The notes beneath the pieces are model-generated. The model saw only the letters and a program-made list of their open reading frames with translations. It was not told the origin of the DNA and made no database searches. This document shows positions 37,161-45,271 of a stretch of 64,000 nt of DNA, piece after piece (the stretch's first letter is position 1; each line of letters begins with the position of its first letter). The stretch is from the NCBI GenBank assembly GCA_045627785.1, contig JAZQOF010000012.1, positions 1,238 to 65,237 on the forward strand, written 5' to 3'. Source of the DNA: Bacteroidales bacterium. Its GTDB lineage: Bacteria > Bacteroidota > Bacteroidia > Bacteroidales > UBA3663. The position numbers were made by a program, and so were the translations under genes.

Positions 37161-38645
37161 TTAGTTTATTATGGTTCCGTGTTCATAGATATAGTCACCT
37201 TTTTCGTCTTTATATTCGTAAGGCAACCAGTCTTCAACCTCGGCCTTTACAACAGCCAAAGTACCGCGTCGCAGTTCAAGGTTGAAGATATATCGTTTAC
37301 CGCTTTGCAGATTCTTCATGTTTGTCGATCCTGTATCTGTCACGACAAAAGTCACTACGTGCTGGATATGTTCTTTATCCTGATCTGCAGTCGGATTTCC
37401 TGTCCAATTCTCCTCCCAATAAAGACGTATTGCCTGGAGAGTTCCGAATGCAACAGATTCAAAGCTCTTTTTGTATCCATAAGGAGTTCTTGCTTCTTCT
37501 ATCTCATACATTTCATAGGCTGACCCCCAGCGGTTATCATCAAGATGTTCGTATGTATATTTCGACAAATCGACGCCGACAGCTTCTGCAGGACGAAGCA
37601 GAGTCTTTGCACTTCCGTGATAAATAATTTCTGGTTCTTCTACTTCACGGTCATAATTCCAGTTGTTATAACCGAACTCAGGGAAAGGAAAGACACGAGC
37701 TTCTGTAGATACACCGAGAAGTTCTATTTTTTTGATGGCATTTGTTGTAATATCATCGCCACCCATATCACTTCCTTTGACATTGACCTGAACTTGAGCC
37801 AACTGATGCTTGAAGGTAAGATACACGCGGTTCTTCTCGGCATCAGAACCCTCTGGAACCTTCTCGGCAAATGCAATAAGCGGATCTGGCATAGCCTCCA
37901 TAGAACCATAAAGTCTGACGGGCTTTTTATCACTATCCTTGATTGTATCGCCTTTTTCGTCAATTTTGCAGTTACTCAGATTAATGAGGTAATACTGCTG
38001 CCATCTGTATGGAGTTACAGAGCTGTCATCATCGGTCGCAGATTTGCGTGTTACCACAAACTTCTTTTTCATTTCCTTAGCTTCGTCAGATGCTGTCTTA
38101 TTGTCTTGTTCAATAAGATCAAGTTGACTCCAGTCGGTAATCATTTCAATGCTTTGAGGTACATAAGGCTCTACACTTGGATTCTTTGCCCAGCTCAAAG
38201 CTTTGTTGTAATCGTCTATGTATCCGATGAAACAGTGTTCCAAACGATTGACCCAATAGAAAATGCTCGAGTTTTTATCGTTGTGGTAAGAGTCCTGATC
38301 TGCTTCAGTAGGAGCTACATAACTATTCTTATAATACCAGCTATTTCCAGCTCCATTATTATCAACCAGCATATAGGCATGCTGTGTGAGATTGTAGCTG
38401 TAGTCGTAGAATTTGTTTATGCGATGCAACATCATTGCCGAGAAACGTATTCCGTTAGGCATATAGTTTACAGTAGCACGGGTCTGCGTCATGCTTTCGC
38501 CACCGGAAGATATTAGCACCAACGAATCGTTTGAAACGGGCAATTCTTCTTCCTCAGGCACTTCTGTCGTTGTTACAATAGTGTCTTTGCAAGATGCCAA
38601 CAATGCAAACAGTAAACTTAATAATATGTATATCTTAAATCGCAT
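37161..38645 (-). CDS. fimbrillin-superfamily lipoprotein (single module)
   Basis: 494 aa. Lipobox LLASCKD. Arg site TQTRAT. Strand motif TFKHQLAQVQVNV. Module end AEVEDWLPY. Confidence 0.68.
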   Translation of the reverse strand: MRFKIYILLSLLFALLASCKDTIVTTTEVPEEEELPVSNDSLVLISSGGESMTQTRATVNYMPNGIRFSAMMLHRINKFYDYSYNLTQHAYMLVDNNGAGNSWYYKNSYVAPTEADQDSYHNDKNSSIFYWVNRLEHCFIGYIDDYNKALSWAKNPSVEPYVPQSIEMITDWSQLDLIEQDNKTASDEAKEMKKKFVVTRKSATDDDSSVTPYRWQQYYLINLSNCKIDEKGDTIKDSDKKPVRLYGSMEAMPDPLIAFAEKVPEGSDAEKNRVYLTFKHQLAQVQVNVKGSDMGGDDITTNAIKKIELLGVSTEARVFPFPEFGYNNWNYDREVEEPEIIYHGSAKTLLRPAEAVGVDLSKYTYEHLDDNRWGSAYEMYEIEEARTPYGYKKSFESVAFGTLQAIRLYWEENWTGNPTADQDKEHIQHVVTFVVTDTGSTNMKNLQSGKRYIFNLELRRGTLAVVKAEVEDWLPYEYKDEKGDYIYEHGTIIN

Positions 38646-38656
38646 AAACTACTTCG

Positions 38657-41077
38657 TTATTGTATTTTCCAGCCGTCTCCGCGTTTTTCTATTAATCCGC
38701 CTTCGAATAAGTCCGGATCAACGTCATCCCAATCCATTGTCGCTGAGCCATTGGTTTCTTTTTCGTCCCAATTCTGTATCAGAGCGATAAACTGAATTTC
38801 TTCTTTTGTGAGACGAATATAATAGACATACGACTTGCCTTCTTCCCATTTGTCAACAGGTACATATTTGTCGTTACCATTCTCGTCTTTTACAATCTCT
38901 CCATTCTCGTCTTTAACGACTGTTTTGCAGGAATTCAGAGCCAAGCTGTATGTAGTTCCATCTGTGAGTGTGATGATGAGTCGTGATTCCTCGTTTTTGT
39001 TAGAAGTCGAAGAATCATCGCTTGGAATCACTTGTGGAATCATAAAGAGCTCTGCAGTTTCAGCTTTGTCATCAACAGCAGGACTTGATGCTGTTTCAGC
39101 TGAACCAGCTGTATAATAGCTTGCTTTTGGACGTTTGTCTTCAGTTGCTGTCGAAGATTCAGTGAAAACTTTTTCTGAACGAATATCGCTCGAACCAAAA
39201 CTAGAGAGAAATCCAGAATGAAGATTTACAGTATTCGTTGTGTAGAGATTTGTGAGCTGTATATTCGCATCTTGAATAACGACTTTACCTTCTGCGTCAG
39301 TCGGAGGAGTCTGCAACACAATCTTAACTTTGCTGGTCTTGTGGTAGAACTGTAATCCAACATTCGATGTGCGAGGTTCTACAACTCCTCCTTCCGCAAC
39401 TTCTCCACCCTGACTGTTCGTATAGGCTTGAGTAGTGCCCCAACAGAAATCAAAATCTGTTCCTTCTCCTGCTGTCATTTTAACAGTTTGAGAATCGTCA
39501 GTCGATGTAATAGTTCTATTATCTTCTTGTGGACTTACAGCACGGAAGTATCTGTTGTCACCTTCCTTTTCCCAATAGAGAGTTGGAGAGTATGTCCATT
39601 TGCTGTTTGTACCATCCCGAGTACATACAGTGTTCCTATTATTGTTAAGAACATTAGTGTAAGTCTCAGTTGTAGTTACAGCACTCTTTGAATACAAATC
39701 GAATTTTGTAGTAAATGTATTCCCTGTTGCTCCATCTACATCTGTTGTGAAATTAATCTCGCCTTTAGCAGATGCCTCAACATTTGTCCAATCGACGATT
39801 GTAGCAACTACTTTGATCTCTTGTTTGCTGATAGTCACAACAAGTTTGTAGTTCACGCCAGGAATCGTTGTACCGCCATTAGCTGTTGCATATCCAGTAG
39901 TAGATTCTGGTCCTACTGCAGATGCATCAGAAGCCGCCAACTTTGTGCTCCACGCATCTGTAGTGCTTGTTGTAGGATTCATTATCGCATCTGTAAGGAA
40001 GATGTCATACTTATTACCATCAATACCTTCGATTGTTGCGAAAGCTGCTGAAGATGGTGCAGTTGCGACATCTGTTACTGGAGTCAAAACAGTAGGAGCG
40101 ATAATTGCCTCAAATGTACATTTCTTTGCTTCGGCTGTTCCCTTTTTCATTGTTATGCCAACCTTTGCATCAGTACTTGGTGTAACTTTACCTTTAGGGA
40201 AAGCTGTTGTTGCTGGTGCAGAAACTGTACACTTAGTCTGTGCATTAACTGTTACTTTCGAGGTAGCAGGGAAATTTGTATCAACATTATCTCCGAATCC
40301 ATCTGCAAGATTAACTTCAATTGTCACCTTGCTCATTGCGTGAGAATAAGGGACTTTCATTTCGCCATGTTGCACACCTCCATTAAACGTAGCATGCTTG
40401 TACGGAACAGGATCTTGAGAAGAAGACCAAAGAAGATCAGAATTAGTAAGATTTGTGCCCGTATTCTGATCCGTTTGGATAGTCCAGCCTGAAAGTTCTC
40501 CAGTACTTGGTTTTAGCCAAGTACCTGTTGTCTGTGCAGTTTCACTTTCTGTTACACCAGTCTTTCCATTATAGCAATATCCGTAGTATGATTGCAGATA
40601 ATGTCCTGATGTGCGAAGATCTGTAGCATCAGAAGATGAGTTGCTGAAATCATCCCAATAGAGAGTAGGAGAGAGTGTCAGACTAGATGCTGATCCATCT
40701 GTGGAATAGTTGTCAGCTATAGCCTCTTTAGCAGAAGTAATTGAACTTATGGTCATATTTGCTTTTGCTGGACCTATGCCAGTTCCAGAAACAGGATTAA
40801 TCTCTGAATATGTAGTTATACCGCCTGACGTAGATTCCGTTGCAGTCACATGCCTGAAGTACGCAATCAGATTGTCATTTTGGGTAAAACTGCCATTAGC
40901 TGCGCGTGTAGCTCTAGTCTGCACCGATCCTTCGTTATAGTTTATGCTTACAGCAATCGGAGTTTTACACTCGCCATTCAGGTACGGACTCTTTTCTGCG
41001 TCTTTCTCAACGTAGATAGTCTCCGTACACGAGGCAAGTGTGACTAATGCTAATGTATGTAATATCTTATATCGCAT
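38657..41077 (-). CDS. fimbrillin-superfamily lipoprotein, tandem double module, C-terminal RGDGW
   Basis: 806 aa. Lipobox LASCTE. Arg site VQTRATRA. YSHAMSKVTIEV. Two module ends, ATIVDWTNV and ALIQNWDEK. Ends in EKRGDGWKIQ. Confidence 0.7.
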   Translation of the reverse strand: MRYKILHTLALVTLASCTETIYVEKDAEKSPYLNGECKTPIAVSINYNEGSVQTRATRAANGSFTQNDNLIAYFRHVTATESTSGGITTYSEINPVSGTGIGPAKANMTISSITSAKEAIADNYSTDGSASSLTLSPTLYWDDFSNSSSDATDLRTSGHYLQSYYGYCYNGKTGVTESETAQTTGTWLKPSTGELSGWTIQTDQNTGTNLTNSDLLWSSSQDPVPYKHATFNGGVQHGEMKVPYSHAMSKVTIEVNLADGFGDNVDTNFPATSKVTVNAQTKCTVSAPATTAFPKGKVTPSTDAKVGITMKKGTAEAKKCTFEAIIAPTVLTPVTDVATAPSSAAFATIEGIDGNKYDIFLTDAIMNPTTSTTDAWSTKLAASDASAVGPESTTGYATANGGTTIPGVNYKLVVTISKQEIKVVATIVDWTNVEASAKGEINFTTDVDGATGNTFTTKFDLYSKSAVTTTETYTNVLNNNRNTVCTRDGTNSKWTYSPTLYWEKEGDNRYFRAVSPQEDNRTITSTDDSQTVKMTAGEGTDFDFCWGTTQAYTNSQGGEVAEGGVVEPRTSNVGLQFYHKTSKVKIVLQTPPTDAEGKVVIQDANIQLTNLYTTNTVNLHSGFLSSFGSSDIRSEKVFTESSTATEDKRPKASYYTAGSAETASSPAVDDKAETAELFMIPQVIPSDDSSTSNKNEESRLIITLTDGTTYSLALNSCKTVVKDENGEIVKDENGNDKYVPVDKWEEGKSYVYYIRLTKEEIQFIALIQNWDEKETNGSATMDWDDVDPDLFEGGLIEKRGDGWKIQ

Positions 41078-41110
41078 TATTTATCGAAGGTATGTCTTTT
41101 ATGAATTGGG

Positions 41111-42529
41111 TTAGTTGCTTGAAGAACCTTGTCTCTTAAAGTTTAATATAAGCTGATTACCGAGGTGCGCAGATGAATTAATAATTTGAACACCTTCTTC
41201 TTTTAAGTCAGTGCGGACGTAGAGCTGTCCGTATTTCACTGGATACCCATTAATTTTTGTGTCACTATATCTAAGTTCAATATAATCTCCTTTATCATTA
41301 CCTTCGTTATCTTTCAATCCTACAAGTGTGCCATTTGGAATCTCAAGATTGATAATGAAAGTTCCTGAACCTTTAGCTGTAAAATTACAATTATCCAATT
41401 CAATGATGCAAGGCTGATTTACTTTGCAAGTTATTTCAGAATTTGAATTAACGTCAATTGTACCATTGCTAATTTTAAATACAGGATCTGAAGTTTGGCG
41501 AGTGCCACCACCAAGGTTTACTACTAATTTTTTGCCGTCTGCAATAGTTAATGTCTTTTTATTTAGATCAAGCTCAATACCATTTTCGTTTGGAGTAATA
41601 GTGTGGTCAGAAACAATAGAGAAATTATTCACCATTGTGACATGTGATGCAGAGGCTGTATTGAGTGCACTAATCAAGCCGTCTTCCATGTTGACGATAA
41701 GATCATTCTCACTGTTATACTCGATCTTGTAATACTTGTTACGTTCGATCTTAACAGAACCAGTGAAGATCTGCTTTGTTGCATCTCCATTGCCTACAAA
41801 CACAGAGATTGTTTGTGCACTAGAAGACTGAGGAAGGGGAATAACTACATTGTTGTCCTCGCCAGTAGTCGAGACATCTGTTACTGTAATATTATCATTT
41901 GATCCATTTGAATATGCCGCTGTTATTTTGTATATAGGCTTTTCTTCATGACTCTCATTATCTTCTTTCCATTCGACAGTAGCGGCACCAGAAATTGCAT
42001 AGTCTGCAACAACCTTTACTTTATTGATAGCAATGTCTTTTCCGATCTTGACATACAATATTGCACCAGTATTCTTGAAAGAAACAGTCTTCTGATCTTT
42101 ATTCACTTTACCCATCATGATTACATTCTTACAGTTGTTAGGATCTGTGTAAGAAATAGTATATGGAATAGTGAATCCAGAAACAGTATTGCCAGACTTT
42201 GATGGAGTTGTGCAAGGACCGAATACAGCATAAGAATTATCTTCAAGGTCACCATCTCCATCAGGAAGGAATACGCCAGTTGTAGCGCCGCCGCTGCTTG
42301 ACAATGTGTATTTATCCATTGTCCCCGAAGCACCAACAAAGATAACGTCTTCTGCAGACCAGAGTGTATTTCTTCCGTCTGTCGTGTATGTTCTAGTCAC
42401 ACCATCAAAAGTTGCGGTGAGTGCATTTTCTTTAACATTAGGCTGCTCAATTACTGATAGTTCATCATTCTGAGAACAACCAGCTGTCAAAAGAGCTGCA
42501 AGCGCGAGTGTGTAATAAACTTTCTTCAT
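41111..42529 (-). CDS. fimbrillin-like lipoprotein with beta-helix-like C-terminal region
   Basis: 472 aa. Lipobox LTAGCSQND. Arg site GVTRTY. Strand motif VSFKNTGAILYVKI (Asn in place of His). Repetitive beta-rich C-terminus. Confidence 0.55.
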   Translation of the reverse strand: MKKVYYTLALAALLTAGCSQNDELSVIEQPNVKENALTATFDGVTRTYTTDGRNTLWSAEDVIFVGASGTMDKYTLSSSGGATTGVFLPDGDGDLEDNSYAVFGPCTTPSKSGNTVSGFTIPYTISYTDPNNCKNVIMMGKVNKDQKTVSFKNTGAILYVKIGKDIAINKVKVVADYAISGAATVEWKEDNESHEEKPIYKITAAYSNGSNDNITVTDVSTTGEDNNVVIPLPQSSSAQTISVFVGNGDATKQIFTGSVKIERNKYYKIEYNSENDLIVNMEDGLISALNTASASHVTMVNNFSIVSDHTITPNENGIELDLNKKTLTIADGKKLVVNLGGGTRQTSDPVFKISNGTIDVNSNSEITCKVNQPCIIELDNCNFTAKGSGTFIINLEIPNGTLVGLKDNEGNDKGDYIELRYSDTKINGYPVKYGQLYVRTDLKEEGVQIINSSAHLGNQLILNFKRQGSSSN

Positions 42530-42555
42530 ATCTTATTAATTTTTATTATCTTTAT

Positions 42556-44958
42556 TTAGAACCAAACATTGGTTGAACCTGTTGCTGTTACCCAATCTGT
42601 GATTGTTGCAGAGACTTTGATTTCTGTCTTTCTGAGATCAAGGAAATATATGTAATGCTTACCTGCTTCCCATTTAGTGATTGTTGATTTATTATTAGAT
42701 CCTACTGTAACTTCAATAGGTTTGATATCTGCATAATATACGTCAGTTGAACCGTCTGTATTTGTGATAGTAATCTTGAAACGAAGATTGCTAGCATCCA
42801 AAGGTTTCGACGAATCATAAGTCAAATCTTGAGGAATCACCGAGCTGTGACGGACATTTGTCGAAAGAATGTTCTCATTACCGTCCTTGTCCTTACGTTT
42901 ATTATTGTCTGTCGTAGGAAGCGATGCAAGTTCGAAATCGCCTTTGTCGGAAGCGGTAAAAGTCGCAACACTACCGTCTTCAAGTTTTATCTTACCTTGT
43001 TTGTATCCACCTACGACTTCAACTTTCGCATTAGTAAGATTTACTGCTGCATTTCCTGTAGTGGTTGTTAATCTAACTTCAACCTGACTCATTGCATATC
43101 TGAAGTTGAGATTAATAGTTCCAGATGTTGCACAGATACCTTCAACAGAAGATCCATGATTTGTTCCTGTAACTTTGCACTTTTCGTCAGGAGTGCCATC
43201 TGCCTTGCGAGGAATACCTATCATCAAGTCAGAAGGAGAAGTGCCTTTTGAGTATGCGCTGTTTGTTACGCTTATAGTTGTTGTTTTATTTTCTGTATCA
43301 TTAACCAATGTAGGCCCATTTGTTGAACCAACCTTTGGATATACTCCGCGGAAGAAGTAATGCGTCTTATGATCTGGCCAATACAACTGTGGAGACATTG
43401 AATATGCGCTGTTGTCATAAGTCATAGTCGCACCACTTTCTGTAGTATAGTTTCCAGTTTTTGTAGTGCTGCGAAGCAATGTGTATGTTTTATTAAATGC
43501 GTTTGCGTCTGCTTCTCCATAAGTTTGATTTACATCAATGATAGGAGTATAACTCTCTGCTTCTACATTTTCCCACTCTGCAACTGTAGCTGTAAGATGT
43601 TCAATCTTTGTCTTGCCTACAACAAATGTGAAGATATAGTTTTTGCCTGCTTCAAGAGGAATTATTCCAGAGGTTGTCTCTGTTGCTCCAGTCTTACCAT
43701 GAAGTGCATTATACAACTGCTTTGATGTGATTTTATAAGTATTGTTGTCGATGGTGAATTCCATCATGATATTGTTCGCATCGGTGTCCGAAGACACGAA
43801 ACGTGATTTCGTATCTGACGCGCTATATTGACTTAGAAAGTCATTGATATTGGGAACAGCAAGAGCCTGTAATGTATAAATTGTAGTCGTTTCTATATTT
43901 GGACTTACTCCTGTTTCTGAGGTGGATGTAGATAAAGCAATATGAGGAACAATCAAACTTTCAACTTGCTGGAATTCACCATCCTTGATGTTGAAAGTTC
44001 CTTTCATGTTGAAGTTTGTCAATTTTACATTTTTACCAGAAGCGAATTTAAAGTCGTTGGCTTTATTTGTGGATGACTTATCAAAACCATCACCTTCAAT
44101 AATCTGGATTGTCAATTTGGACATGGCATGATAGAACTTCATTTCACCGGTGTCAAATTTGCCTGCAGTTTTTGTGCCAAACTTCAATCGTTTATCATTC
44201 TCTGTGCCATCACCGTGTTTTGTGAGATTGTTTGAGAACATAAGGTCCTGATACTGGACAGACAAAGCATCTTGCTTATATTGATTCTCTCCATAAGTTA
44301 ACTCAATGTAATGACTAGCATACCAATTCATGATACAAGGGTATATAGCACCCTTGCTGCCTTTATCGCCAGAACCATTATTATAATCGTGTTCTATCCA
44401 ACCATAAGAAGTTTGATCATTGTAAGTATAACCTTTATATTCTTTCTGTCTGTTTGGATCCGTCTCTATTCCTTCCCAGGTTTCATCAGGAATTTGGAAA
44501 GTGTATGAATGCCAGTTATCTGGCGACTGCTGAGCAAAAGCCCAAATATCAAGTTCAGAACTGCGTGCATGAGCATCATCCCAATACTTTTGATTATTAA
44601 GACTCGTAAATTTGATGCTTGTTGTATTTGCATCTACATCACCTCTACAAACAGTATATTTATCCTTCTTCGAGCCTTGATAATCATCTGCACCATATGT
44701 GCTCTTCATGACCATGAAAATCTTGGTATTCTTGTCGAAAGGCTTTAGTGTTTTGCTAGTTCCATCTGTAATCACAGCACGAGTGCTGGAAGACTCGACA
44801 GCACCATCCACACCACCGACAGAGAGTTCGATCGGAGTCTTGATATCGTCGTTCGGAGTATCTTCAGGAGTGACATAGATGATGGTCTCTTTACACGACG
44901 AAAGAGGCATGATCAATGCCGCAGTTAGAGCTAATATTTTAAAATTACTTTTTCGCAT
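42556..44958 (-). CDS. fimbrillin-superfamily lipoprotein, tandem double module
   Basis: About 800 aa. The track ORF starts at a TTG (44961), so I used the adjacent ATG at 44958. Lipobox LSSCKE. Arg site SSTRAV. KFYHAMSKLTIQI. Module ends ATVAEWENV and ATITDWVTA. Confidence 0.7.
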   Translation of the reverse strand: MRKSNFKILALTAALIMPLSSCKETIIYVTPEDTPNDDIKTPIELSVGGVDGAVESSSTRAVITDGTSKTLKPFDKNTKIFMVMKSTYGADDYQGSKKDKYTVCRGDVDANTTSIKFTSLNNQKYWDDAHARSSELDIWAFAQQSPDNWHSYTFQIPDETWEGIETDPNRQKEYKGYTYNDQTSYGWIEHDYNNGSGDKGSKGAIYPCIMNWYASHYIELTYGENQYKQDALSVQYQDLMFSNNLTKHGDGTENDKRLKFGTKTAGKFDTGEMKFYHAMSKLTIQIIEGDGFDKSSTNKANDFKFASGKNVKLTNFNMKGTFNIKDGEFQQVESLIVPHIALSTSTSETGVSPNIETTTIYTLQALAVPNINDFLSQYSASDTKSRFVSSDTDANNIMMEFTIDNNTYKITSKQLYNALHGKTGATETTSGIIPLEAGKNYIFTFVVGKTKIEHLTATVAEWENVEAESYTPIIDVNQTYGEADANAFNKTYTLLRSTTKTGNYTTESGATMTYDNSAYSMSPQLYWPDHKTHYFFRGVYPKVGSTNGPTLVNDTENKTTTISVTNSAYSKGTSPSDLMIGIPRKADGTPDEKCKVTGTNHGSSVEGICATSGTINLNFRYAMSQVEVRLTTTTGNAAVNLTNAKVEVVGGYKQGKIKLEDGSVATFTASDKGDFELASLPTTDNNKRKDKDGNENILSTNVRHSSVIPQDLTYDSSKPLDASNLRFKITITNTDGSTDVYYADIKPIEVTVGSNNKSTITKWEAGKHYIYFLDLRKTEIKVSATITDWVTATGSTNVWF

Positions 44959-45103
44959 CAAATATGTCTTTTCTTAACTTTGTTTTTAGTTTTCTCTGAT
45001 CTTTGCGCGTCGATGAATGCACTCTGTGCGGAGTGTTCCGCTCGACGCTCTCCGACGACTACTCTCAGTTTCGGGAGTTCTGTTCGTAGGCCTACGATGA
45101 CTA

Positions 45104-45271
45104 CTCCGGACTTCCCGTGGTCCGATCGACGGTCGTCGATAAGTTCTCCGGACTTCCCGACGTCTGATCGACGCTCGTCAATGAGTTCTCCGGATTTCCC
45201 GTAGTCCGATCGACGCTCGTCGATGAGTTCTCCGGATTTCCCGTGGCCTGATCGACGCTCGTCGATGTTAA
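45104..45271. repeat. 42-bp tandem repeat, 4 well-conserved copies (degenerate copies extend to about 45035), each with an internal palindrome
   Basis: Copies start at 45104, 45146, 45188 and 45230, e.g. ctccggatttcccgtagtccgatcgacgctcgtcgatgagtt. Most copies contain ATCGACG-CT-CGTCGAT, and two copies have a single stem mismatch. The array abuts the stop codon (45272-45274) of the 828-aa gene. Confidence 0.95.

Noticed and set aside
37545-38516. Long antisense or alternative-frame ORFs in the track. Examples: 37545-38516 (+), 21415-22089 (-), 17244-17912 (+), 61778-62464 (-), 62486-63121 (-), 56880-57578 (-), 12693-13256 (-), 25-678 (-).
   Set aside because: Each lies entirely within, and opposite to or out of frame with, a gene that has strong family motifs (fimbrillin paralogue, clpX, pnp, patB, porin, GH3, regulator). 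Their translations are low-complexity or Cys/Arg/Ser-rich, with no recognisable motifs or signal sequences.
44980-45204. 74-aa plus-strand ORF running through the 42-bp repeats (SPDFPWSDRRSS...)
   Set aside because: Its periodic peptide is simply the in-frame reading of a 42-bp (14-codon) repeat. It has no plausible start context and lies antisense within a minus-strand operon.
45104-45271. The 42-bp repeat array considered as a CRISPR array
   Set aside because: The copies are directly adjacent with no unique spacers and there are only 4-6 units. No cas genes or leader are present in the window. It is a tandem minisatellite, not a CRISPR array.
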